Shown here: piece after piece, positions 25,901 to 36,195 of the stretch
How the letters are laid out: each line of letters opens with the position of its first letter
How positions within the stretch are numbered: the stretch's first letter is position 1
DNA from: Sarea resinae
Taxonomy: Eukaryota
NCBI GenBank assembly: GCA_026026165.1
Contig: JAPEUD010000030.1
Coordinates: 1 to 64,000 of the forward strand
Direction: 5' to 3'
DNA: 64,000 nt
Notes under the pieces: model-generated
What the model was told of the DNA's origin: nothing
The model's database searches: none
The model's input: the letters and a program-made list of their open reading frames with translations, nothing else
Translations under genes and position numbers: made by a program

Positions 25901-26711
25901 AGTGGCCTTTTCTCATGACTTAAAGCTGCTGGCATCGGGCTTAATAGATAACACAGTCCGGGTCTGGGACGTAGCCACTGGATCCCTGCAACAGACGCTC
26001 GAGGGTCATACTGATAAGGTTATCTCGGTGGCCTTCTCGCACGATTCGAGGCTACTAGCATCGGCTTCCTGGGATAAGACGGTCCGAGTCTGGGACGTCG
26101 CCACTGGATCTCTGCAGCAGATGCTCGAGCGTCATGCTCGTAAGGTCCCCTCAGTGGCCCTCTCGTATGACTCGAGGGGGCTGGCGTCGGCTTCATGGGA
26201 AGGGGATAGCAAAGACCAGGTCTGGGACACCGCCACTGGCTCCCAGCAGCAGACGCTCGGGGGTCATACTGACAGGGTCACCTTGGTGGCCTTCTCGCAC
26301 GATTCAAAGCTGCTGGCGTCGGCTTCATGGGACAAGACAGTCCGGGTCTGGGACGTCCGCACCGGCTCCATCCAGCAGATAATCGAGTCTGGCTCTTATA
26401 TCCAGAAACTCCTATTTGATAGTTCAGACTCGAGCCTTCTTACAGACACTGGCCGGTTTGAAGTAGATAGAATAGGGTTTTCACCTGTTCCCGACCCTTT
26501 TCAAGATAGAAAGAGTAGAGACTGTCATCAAGGACTCGGTATTAGCAACTCCTGGATCACCTGGAACACGGAGAGATTGCTCTGGTTACCACTTGATTAT
26601 CGGCCTGCTAGTACTGATATTTCCCGGTCGACGGTTGCAATCGGCTGTAGTTCTGGCAGGGTTTTAATCATAGCATTCTCCTCGGCAGTCTTAGATAGCC
26701 ATTTGAGATGA
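22920..26711 (+). CDS. Fungal NLR (STAND): HeLo-like/SesA-type N-terminal domain + NACHT + WD40 repeats (HET-E/NWD-like)
   Basis: Exons 22920-23338, 23400-24978, 25029-26711. N-terminal MEGLGVAANVIAVVELSAK...FKWPF, CLPNTR, Walker A GMAGTGKS, Walker B VVDALDECD, TSRPE, LLHLSFRDFL, YACRYW, LHWLEALSLLG, PLQLYSS, nine WD repeats, LLWLP. Confidence 0.95.
25243..26380 (+). repeat. Array of nine highly similar 126-nt (42-aa) WD40 repeats
   Basis: Consensus QTLxGHxxxVxSVAFSHDSRLLASASWDKTVRVWxxATGSLQ. About 130 nt starting at 25337 and at 25715 are identical (offset 378 = 3x126). Confidence 0.95.
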
Positions 26712-27131
26712 TGTTGCTTCTTTTGAACAATATATAGATACCGAATCGGCCCCTGAGTATGGAACACTTCACCCTCAGTAGGCGCAGCCGACCGAGTTGC
26801 TGTGCGTTCTCGACATCGAGTATCAGCTACAGTGTAGAGGCTCTAGTCTACCTTGGTGACTAGGAGGAGATGTAGACAATGATTGCGTCAGGAGACAACA
26901 GACCCACGAGGGACAGAGCTCCTTCAGCTCCAGCAGCGCCATCAGCTCCATCCCCAAACGAGGAAGTAGCAGGTACCAAGTACGAAGTCACTGCTGGTCA
27001 CCGACACCTCAACTCCACGCAAATCAGTCTCACGACAACAACCTCCCTCACTCACCATCCCGCCTTGCTTCTTCTTTTTCTCCCCGAGCAAGTGAGGAGA
27101 CTGCGGGTAACGCCATTGCGTGGTGCCAGAC

Positions 27132-28522
27132 ATGGATTTCGCATACGATCACATCCAGGAGGAGACCCTCACTCCCGATGAGGCGGCAAAGCGGCAGGAC
27201 GAACGAGCCGAGCAGAGTGACCTCGGCGCCGAATTTCAGGAAGCTTACAAGGCGATATCATCTAGCCCCTGGGGCATGAAGCTGGGTGGATTGTGGAACA
27301 ATGTGCAGAAGCAGGTATGCCGGCGCTGACGCTGAGAGATCAAGCCGATGGGACTCATGCCTGTGACAGAGTGAGACCTACATCGAAGGCGCCCGCCAGG
27401 AATACTCAGCGGCCAGCGAGCAGGCGACCAAGGGCTTCACAGATCTACGATCGACAATCATCAATCGCACGCGCTCGCTCTCGTTGAACCAATCTCCAGA
27501 ATCCTCCACTGCGGCAGCAGCCAGCAGCGAGACAAGCAGGGAAGCCGGCGAAGCGGGGCCTTCAACCGAAGGGTCCACGAGCGGGGTGCTTCACGATGCA
27601 GAGGGCATACTTTCGCGGTTCAAGTTGGAAGCCGCTAAACGACTAAAAGAGATTGAAAAGGCCGAAGATGCCGCCGACGAAGCCCTGCTCCGTTTCGGCA
27701 GCAATGTCCGCAACTTCCTCCGCGATGCCGTGTCGATTGCGCCGCCATCAGACGAGGAGACTCATGAAGGTAAAGCTGCCGAGGTGCTCTTCGAGAGCAA
27801 AGACTCGGAGGGGAAACGTGTCATCCATACCACTCGCTTTGACGCTCAATTGCACGCCATCCACTCCACTCTCGATAGCTTCATCAAGGATGCCGCAAGC
27901 CCAGAGTATGAAAAGTGGAAAGAGGACTTCAGCATTGAGAAGAAGACAGAGGATATTGCCAGCGACCTGGATAAATATCAGGATCTGAGGCGGGCGTTTG
28001 AGAAGCTGGTCCCCGAAAAGGTCGAGTACGCAGATTTCTGGCGGCGGTACTATTACCTACGCTACGTGATCGAGACCGAGGAGCAGCGGAGGAAAGAATT
28101 ATTGAAAGGTAATTACACACCACATCCGCATCACTCCGAGCCTTGTATTTACATTACAAACAGGCGCAGCTGCCAACCCAGACGAAGAAGAAATTGCTTG
28201 GGATGAAGATTCTGACTCGGATATCGAGCGCACAACTCCTCAGCAGGCCACGACCATATCCTCTCACCCAACCTCAATCACGAATCCTACCGCTAGTACA
28301 ACCACCCTTCGTGCCACGGCCTCTTCACAAAGTCCCACCCCTGCATCCGACACGCTCCACCCGACCGCTCACCGCCGCTCAAATGACCACAGCTCTCAGC
28401 CCGACAGTGATGCCAGCTACGATGTCGTCAGCGGAGCGACGAGCAGGGCACCCGGGAGCCCAACCGCGAAGGCCGAGGCGGGGAAGGTGGCTGAGGAAAG
28501 TGACGAGGAGGATTGGGAGTAG
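27132..28522 (+). CDS. BSD-domain protein (Dos2-like), 3 exons
   Basis: [11 protein letters not shown] start, [12 protein letters not shown] core [18 protein letters not shown]-terminal SYDVVS...EEDWE*. Confidence 0.88.
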
Positions 28523-28852
28523 ACCCTTGGATGTCGAAATGGTCGTTGACGACATTTTATCCCTTTTGTGGTTCGCGTTTCGCGCTTGGTCGTGTCTAAA
28601 TGTTACAGTGTATGGATGGATGCGATGTATATTCCCGGCGTCTCCCGCTTACCACCCCTGACTTGAGATTTTCATTTGCCGCCTTAACCTGAGCTCTTAC
28701 ATCTCCTCCTTTTGTCAAGTCTCTTTCATTACCAATTACTCCTTTCTCCTTTACTAGTCAGTCCAGCCTCACCTTCTGCCCCAATGTTTTGAAAGCGTTA
28801 ATCATACACCACTCCTATTACCTTCTCGAACCCATCTCCAAACAGCATCAAC

Positions 28853-30320
28853 TCAGTCCTCCAACCCCAACTCAGTCGCAATCCGCCCCGCAACATCTCC
28901 AAACACTCTCGCCCTTTCACTCTGCGGCTCTGAAACCACAGTTGGCACGCCGCGGTCCGCATCCTCGCAGATGGAAGCGTGCAGTGGAATGGAACCGAGG
29001 AGAGGGACAGAATGCTCTGCGCAAGCTTTGCCGAGTCCAGATGCATTTGGGCTACTGAAGATGTTGGTTCGATGCAAGCAGTGCGGGCACGTGAAATGCG
29101 ACATGTTTTGGAGCATGCCTAGGATCTGGATGGTCGGGTAGCGGTTAGGCATGTGTGAGTGGGTTACAGAGGGCTGCGCTGTGAGATGACGGGGAGAGAG
29201 AAAGGAAATCTGAGGGGAGAGTGGCTAATTGGGAACGGAATGGGTGGGCAACTGACTGGGACTTCCACTTTCTTGAACATGTTAATTCCCTTGACGGCGT
29301 CCTTGAGCGCAATATCCTGCGGTGTTGAGACAATGACCGCACCTAGAAATTCCAAATTTGGTTCATTAGTCTGCTCTGCCCTGCTCTGCTCTGCTTTACC
29401 AAGTGAAATGCCAAAAGTCCAAACATTCTCACGCCCTGTAGAGTGTAACGTACCATCGAGCACAATCTGCTGCGTGATCGTCAACTGCGTATCCCCCGTC
29501 CCGGGCGGCAGATCCAGAACCAGAATATCCAAGCCGCCCCACTCGACCTCGTGCAGCAGCTGTTGCAGAGCCTTCATCACCATCAGTCCGCGCCAGACGA
29601 CGGGCGACGAGTCGCCGACGAGGTAGCCCATCGACATGGATTTGATCCCATAGTTTGAGAGCGGGATGAGCTGATTATCTGGTTTGATTTTGATCAGCGG
29701 TGGTGGTGGTGAGCAAGGTAGGTAGGTAGGTAGGTAGGTAGGTAGGTAGGTAGATCGAGGGAGGATTTGAGGAGGCTTTCGGCAGGGGGGTAATATGAAT
29801 TGCGAGGCAGAGGGCGGAGAATGCACGTACTTTCTGAGAGTCTCGGCTCTTGGCCGGATAGGTTCAGCAGCGTGGGGATTGAGGGCCCGAAGATATCGGT
29901 GTCGAGAACTCCACTTCTGAGCCCGCGGCGGGCGAACGAGAGGGCGAGGTTCACTATTCATTAACCCCAGAGATGTGAGAGGGAGGCCGAGAGTTGATCG
30001 ATATGGGTCTGTCTGTATGCAGGCGGAGGACATACCGGCGATGGTGGATTTGCCCACCCCGCCCTTGGCGGACGAGACGGCAATCACTTTCCGCACGGAT
30101 TTTATGGGTGCCTTTTTCGGGAGGCCGCGCTGCATTCGGGGGAAGTTGGGCGGCGTGCCCGTGCGTGGGAGGCCCTGTTACGGGAGGTTATTATTGAGGG
30201 CGGATTGAAGCGGGCACGGGAACAGGGGGAGGACGGAGGTTTTACCAATGGGTTCTCATGCTGCAGACATCGCGAGGTTGAGAAGAGTCTTCTCGTTGAT
30301 GTCTTCATTGCGGTGGCCAT
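28853..30320 (-). CDS. IND1: Mitochondrial Mrp/NBP35-family Fe-S assembly ATPase (Ind1/NUBPL), multi-exon
   Basis: Presequence (RRLFSTSR), [58 protein letters not shown]. Confidence 0.9.
29716..29752. repeat. (AGGT)9 intronic microsatellite
   Basis: Read directly within an IND1 intron. Confidence 0.95.
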
Positions 30321-30579
30321 GGCTTTGGTGCTGGTGAAGCGGCTTTCATGGCTCTTCCTCTTCCTCCAATTCTATCTTTCTGCTGCAGCTATCTGCTCTA
30401 CCTACCTATCGTGAGCTATCGTAGATCGGTTGTCAGGCGATAAGATAAGATCAAGCGATCTACGGCCCGGGATCAGAACACGAACCGCAATCTCGAATAT
30501 GAAGAATTTCGCGAAATAAATTGTTCGGTCCAAGTCTCACGAAAACAGACAGCAGACCGCCACGGGTGTTGGAAAAACC

Positions 30580-32586
30580 ATGGCCAAGGCTCAGAAATCA
30601 AAGTCTCTGGCCGAGCAGATTGCCGAGCTGGATAACCCTGCTCCTCAAGGTATGGCAAAAACGTGACCTTTTCTATACTGGCAGCCTACCTGCCACTCTT
30701 TACGCATTGCTTCTACTGGTCCTTGCTAACGAACAATAGATTTCGATCCCGAAGAGCATGCCGAACCGAAGAGCGGCGGCGAAGAATCGGGTTCGGATGA
30801 TGGCGAGGACGGTCCTGACGGTAGAGAGCATTACGAGGACGTTGGGTGAGTTCCCCGATCTTGCATTCGTCTCTTTGGTCGAGACAGACTCGCTGACGGC
30901 AAGGATAGGAAGAGCAAGCTCCGCAAACCGGATGAGCTGGCGCTGGGGCCGCAGTATAAGGGCTCCAGAGTGAGCCGAGAAGAGCTCTTGGGGGAAGAGA
31001 GTGATGATGACCCATTTGCGAAGGTGGAGAATGGGTCGCAAGACGATGAGGATGGCGAGGAAGGTGCAGATGTGGACCTAGATGTGGATGTGGATATGGA
31101 TGACGAAGACGCCGAAATCGACAGCGATGACGCTTTTGGAGAGAGCGATGACGACAAATTCGAGAGTTTTACTTTTCGCGGTAGTGGCAAGCCTCGAGAT
31201 ACGAAGGGCCTCAAGCAGAACGGACTCAAGTCTGGTAGCACCAATGGCGAAATCACGGATGGATCTTCTGTTACTGGAGAGGAGGATGACCTTGAAGAAG
31301 GCCACAGCGATGACGAGGACGAAAATTCTGCTACCTCCAGATCCGAAGACGAAGACAGCGAGGATGATGACCAGGACGAGCAGGACGACGATGAGGATGA
31401 TGAGGATGAGGAAGAAACCGACCCAGAAGAATCATCTACAAACCGCTCAGCCCTCCGCAAAATGATGGCGGAAGAACGCGCCCAAGTAGCAGCCACGATC
31501 TCGCGCGCGGCCAAATCAGACGCCGAAAAGGGAGTCGCGGTAAAGACGCAGCGATCCACCTTCGACACCCTCCTCAACACCCGGATCCGTCTGCAAAAGG
31601 CCCTCATTTCCGCCAACACCCTGCCTACAGTGTCTGTAAGTTCTACCGAAACAGATCCAGCGGCTACTCCGGCCAACGACACTCCGTCCACGATCCGTGC
31701 CGCCGAAGAAGCCGCCCTAACACTCTGGAACCACCTCGACTCCCTACGCGACACCCTCTCCAGCAGCACCTCTTCAAAACGCACCCACACCACCGCCTTC
31801 TCCCCCGCCACCGACACAACACCCTCGACGGCCCTCTGGACCAGAATGCAAACCCACGAGTCCCTCACGCGGCCCACCCGCACATCCACGCTCGAGAAAT
31901 GGTCCTCGAAAGTGCGCGCCGCAACCGCGGTGCCGACGTCCCGCAAACTGCACACCTCGTCCCAAGCCACCGACCTCGGCATGGCTGACATGCTTGCACA
32001 GCACCTCGTCGATCCGGACGGCCGCCTCGTCAAGCGTACCAAGATCGCTAGGAGCTGTGCGCCCGTGCAGGCTGCGCGCAGGAGCAAGGCGAAGCAAACA
32101 AACTCGAATACGAAAGCGGATGGCGACAACGACAACAACGACAACAACGACAACGACATCGACATCTTCGACGACGCCGACTTCTACGCCCTTCTCCTCA
32201 AAGAACTCGTCGACAACCGTCTCTCAGCCAACACCACCACCACCACCACCACCATCTCCTCTTCCTCATCCGCCGCCCTGAACCCCCGCGACCTTAAACA
32301 GCACCGCCCAAACCTCGACACCAAGGCCTCCAAGGGCCGCAAGATCCGCTATACCGTGCACGAGAAACTGCGCGATTTCATGGCGCCCCAGCCCGACCAG
32401 GCCCGCTGGGACGACCGCCAGCGCGACGAGCTCTTCTCCAGCCTGCTGGGCCGGCGCGTCGCGCTTGACGAGGGCTCCAGCAGCGAGGACGAGGATGAGG
32501 GCGGCGAGGAGCGGAACGAGGATGTTGGCGTCGGGGGGGCGCATGCGGATAAGCTGGGTGCCGGCGGCCTGAGGTTGTTTGGCTGA
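30580..32586 (+). CDS. BFR2: Bfr2/AATF SSU-processome factor, 3 exons
   Basis: DFDPE, REHYEDVGKSKLRK, acidic tract, KGVAVKTQ...LNTRIRLQKAL, DDADFYALLLKELVD, DTKASKGRKIRYTVHEKL, ELFSSLLG. Confidence 0.93.
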
Positions 32587-33139
32587 TCGACCCCTCGTGA
32601 GACCGGGCGGGGGGGGGGATATAGGGCAGAAAAAAAAGGAGAACCCTTAGAGCATCTATTCTTTCTCCCTCTCTCTGCATACGAGTATTTCTCCGCCGCC
32701 GCGTGCCGGGGAGTGCGAAACGCTCTTGTTTCTCTTTCCCTTTCTCCTTGTTTTCCTTTCCCTTCTCGGATAGATGGTCGCTCGCTCGGTCCGTCGGTTT
32801 ACTTTTCACCCTTATCCATCTCTCTCTCTCTTTTGATCGTATCTTGCTTCTCTGTGATCGTAGCTACGAAGACTGGACTGGACCGACTAGAGTATATCTC
32901 TCAATGCACAACGCAGGCTTCATATCTACCCATCTGCCTCTCTGTGAATCGGCCAATCTGTCTCGCACTCTATCGTTGGAGATTGGGAATGGGTATCAAT
33001 CATGCGTGTGATGGATCTATGTGTGTGTGTGTCTATGTGTCTGTGGGTGTGTTTGTGGGTGTGGCTGTCTCGTTCAGCATACAATACAATACCATACGAT
33101 CTATTCCTCCTCTCCCTCTCCCTCTCCCTCTCCCTTATA

Positions 33140-33295
33140 CTGACACTCCTGACACCACAGACACCCACTGACACCCACTGACACCACTGACACCGCTGAT
33201 ACCACTAACACCACTCGCACCACTCGTAGCCATCACTCGTAGCCACCACTAACACCCACTGACACCCACTGACACCCAGTCGCAGTCATCACCAG
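33140..33295. repeat. Degenerate 9-10 bp minisatellite (CTGACAC[C]CA)n with CACTCGTAGC variants
   Basis: acacccactg acacccactg acaccactga caccgctgat accactaaca...; roughly 15 units. Confidence 0.85.
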
Positions 33296-33424
33296 TGTTC
33301 AATGCCAGTACTTGGTACGGTATGTGGAGAGCGACGAGCGGGATCCCGATAGACATGGACTTTACTGGACTTTTACTGGACTGGACTGTGATTTTGGGAA
33401 GAATAGATATCAGTCTCTGCGTTC

Positions 33425-33545
33425 GGGGGGATAGGGTTGTGGGGAAAGGGGAATAGGGGGTTAGGGGGTTAGGGGGATAGAGGGATAGGGGGAAAGGGAG
33501 ATACGGGGAGAGGGAAAGGGGATAGGGGCATAGAGGGTGGAAGGG
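33425..33545 (+). other. G-tract array with G-quadruplex potential (includes TTAGGGGG x2)
   Basis: More than 12 runs of 3-6 G separated by short loops. Confidence 0.7.
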
Positions 33546-33709
33546 CGTGATGAGCTCTTCTATTTTCTCTGAGTTTTTTTTGGGGGGGGGGCGAGGGGGA
33601 GGGGGAGGGTGTATTGAGATGGTATTATTACTGCTGCTGCTACTACTACTGCTGAGGATGAGGATGGTGATGAGGATGAGGATGAGGATAGCGTGGCTTT
33701 GGGTATATG

Positions 33710-35818
33710 TTATGGATATCGGTCCGCCATCTCTCCTTCGCTCTCGCGCTCAATCTCACCATCTCCCTCTCCCTCGCCCTCATCGTATATCCGTGGCGCG
33801 CCAACACCAACGCTAATGTCGTCACCATCGTCCTCGTTCTCGTCGTCTTCGTCATACCCAGCTATCGAACTAGGCAGGGCTGGAATCAGGCTCTCCTGGA
33901 GGAAACTCGAGGGGAGCAGCTGGCTGAGCGTCAGGTCGCCTAGGGCCGTGGTGGAGATATCGCGCTTGTTATTCTTGCCGTTGTTGTGCTTGTTTTGGGA
34001 GCGGGAGCGGGAGCGGGAGAGGGAGGTATAAGGGAAAGAGTCTGTGGGGTGGTTCTGGGTGTCGGTGTATGGTGAAGGTGATGATGGCGGTGGTGGTGGG
34101 GAAGGGGAAGGGGAAGTCTGCTGTTGTTGCGATTCGGGGCGAGTCGAGCGTGTTTTCGGTGGTCGGGCTGGTGTTGATCGTGGTAAGGGTGGTGGGGGGG
34201 CATGTGGTGGCGAGGACGGCTGGGTCAGGTCGACTGTTGTTGCTTGCGAGAGACGGACGGATGTGGGCGTGCACGTCGTCTTTGCTGTTGCTGCTGCTGC
34301 TGCTGTTATTGTTTTTGTTGTCGGTGGGGATGAGAATGGAGGAATTCGCGGGGATGAGATCGTGGTGGTGGGATGGGATTGGTGGCTGTGCCTGTGGCTG
34401 CGCGAGAGCGACAGGATCTCGTTCTGGAGCTGTGTCGAGAGGAGTTCTTGTGTTGAGCGTGGCTGCGGAGGGCTTCGTCTCTGACTCTCATCCCGGCTGT
34501 CATGGCTATGGGAGCCGTGGTGTTCGTATACTTCTTCCATTTCGCCGTTGTCTCCGCGGTGGCCGACGCTGTCTGGGAGATGACCAGGTCTCACGGATTT
34601 GTGGCGCGAGCGAGACGCAGGTGACAAAGTGGTTTGCTGAGCATATGCAGACGAGGGAGATGAGGGAGATGTGAGAGGCGTCTGGGTAGAGCTCTTGTCG
34701 AAAAGCGGCGGAGGAGTGGAAGTGTGGCCCGGCATTGAGGATGAGAGGTCTAGGAGTCTGAGGACGGCTTGGGTGTCTTCGCCTGGGAGGTAGGGTTCCT
34801 GCTTCCCCTCGTCCTCCTCCTCGTCCTCCTCTTCTTCTTCTTCGAAGACTCCGGCGGAAGGAGACCTTTGCTTGATGACTGGCATGGACTCCTGAGTAAT
34901 TGATTCGTCTTCGTCGCCCTCATCGTCGGAATCTTGGATCTCGGCTTTGAGGACTGGGGCTCGAGCGTGTTGGAGTGCTGCTGCGTCATTAGGTGTGCCA
35001 AGCTTTCGGTCAGACTGTGATAATAAAAGGGCATTGCCTTCATCCTCCCCTTGGCGCATATTTCCTCGTTGAAGCGAAATAGGAATCGAAGCATCCGATC
35101 CGATAGCCAGGGATGGTAGAGAAAACTGCGTCCCAACTTCCGATGCATCATAGGTATCTTGAATCTCAAACTTCGGCACTTTCTTTGGCGTATTGGACGA
35201 ATATGAGCGAAGATTCCAATTCGTCGATGTCTCCTTTAGTGGTGACCTCGAGAGTTCCCTTTTAGGCTCCAGTTTTATTGAGAGCGGAGTCTCAGGAGGT
35301 GATTGCGATGACGGCACTTCACGGAGACGAGAGTGATGTGGTGTTCTTGGTGATGCTGGCAGACCTCTATTCGCGCTGGTTGAGGAGCAAATAACGGCCG
35401 GTTGACTGGGAAGATATTCTGCTTGTGAAGACCGAGAGTCGTCCTCCTCGTCGGGGTCTCGTTTGATGAAGATTTTGGACTTTGCTCCCGTCCCTGGGCT
35501 TGGCAGATGCATCTTGGCCGTCCTCTTCCTTTTCTTTGGCGGTGATGGAGGCACATCTTCGTCTGGGATGAGCTCCAGTTCCACATCGTCCTCTTCCTGT
35601 TTCGCGCTCTCTCGGAGCAGACCGTTGAAGAAGTCGATCTGCGTGAGAGTCTGCTGGCGGGTGCGGCGTTTCGAGACTGGCGGATTGAGAGAGGTAAGAC
35701 GTCGATCCTGAGGTTTGAGCTTGACTTGTCGATGGGGCTGGGGCGAGTGTGGGGCGTGTGACGTGTTGGAGGCGTTTGAGCTCTCGTCGGATTTTCGCTT
35801 TCTCGACCGGGTGGCCAT
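33710..35818 (-). CDS. Uncharacterised disordered, probably nuclear protein, SQ/TQ-rich, divergent from RAD4
   Basis: 702-aa ATG-initiated ORF. NLS-like RKRK and KKRKR; short motifs QQTLTQIDFF, VPSSQSP, IQDSDDE, SQATTVDLTQ, TLSQLLP. Confidence 0.75.
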   Translation of the reverse strand: MATRSRKRKSDESSNASNTSHAPHSPQPHRQVKLKPQDRRLTSLNPPVSKRRTRQQTLTQIDFFNGLLRESAKQEEDDVELELIPDEDVPPSPPKKRKRTAKMHLPSPGTGAKSKIFIKRDPDEEDDSRSSQAEYLPSQPAVICSSTSANRGLPASPRTPHHSRLREVPSSQSPPETPLSIKLEPKRELSRSPLKETSTNWNLRSYSSNTPKKVPKFEIQDTYDASEVGTQFSLPSLAIGSDASIPISLQRGNMRQGEDEGNALLLSQSDRKLGTPNDAAALQHARAPVLKAEIQDSDDEGDEDESITQESMPVIKQRSPSAGVFEEEEEEDEEEDEGKQEPYLPGEDTQAVLRLLDLSSSMPGHTSTPPPLFDKSSTQTPLTSPSSPSSAYAQQTTLSPASRSRHKSVRPGHLPDSVGHRGDNGEMEEVYEHHGSHSHDSRDESQRRSPPQPRSTQELLSTQLQNEILSLSRSHRHSHQSHPTTTISSPRIPPFSSPPTTKTITAAAAATAKTTCTPTSVRLSQATTVDLTQPSSPPHAPPPPLPRSTPARPPKTRSTRPESQQQQTSPSPSPPPPPSSPSPYTDTQNHPTDSFPYTSLSRSRSRSQNKHNNGKNNKRDISTTALGDLTLSQLLPSSFLQESLIPALPSSIAGYDEDDENEDDGDDISVGVGAPRIYDEGEGEGDGEIERESEGEMADRYP

Positions 35819-35953
35819 TGGTATATAATTGACGCCAGTAGACTGGTCTTCCGCTCCAAACGAAGTTGATGGCTGATGGCAGGGCGTTCGAGGGCCTTGA
35901 AGTCGAGTATTGTCAGGTTGAAGCCCAAGGTAGTTGATGGTTGATATTCGTGA

Positions 35954-35994
35954 GACGCGCAGACGCTGGGAGACGGGGGAGACGCGACTCGCGT
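35954..35994. promoter_or_regulatory. Three ACGCG (MCB-like) elements in the bidirectional promoter of RAD4 and the unknown gene
   Basis: gACGCGc, gACGCGa and tCGCGT within 41 nt. Function is inferred. Confidence 0.45.
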
Positions 35995-36195
35995 AGGCGG
36001 AATAGGCAGAAACGGACGGTACTACTCGTTGCTGATGTCATTTGCTTCAAAGGCGAGCTTGACTCACCGAAATCGTCTCGTCTTGCTCGACTTCACGTTC
36101 ACGCTCCATCTGCTCGGCGCATCATGTCCGTGGCCATTTCCTCTTCATTTCCCCCAGGGTGATAGATAGACCGCATTGCTTTTGTCCTACGCAAG

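Noticed and set aside
30831..32165. 444-aa antisense ORF
   Set aside because: Mirror of the BFR2 acidic tracts (poly-Ser from GAN codons).
33140..33295. CRISPR-like appearance of the repeated ACACCCACTG
   Set aside because: Units are 9-10 bp and contiguous, with no spacers or cas genes, in a eukaryotic context.
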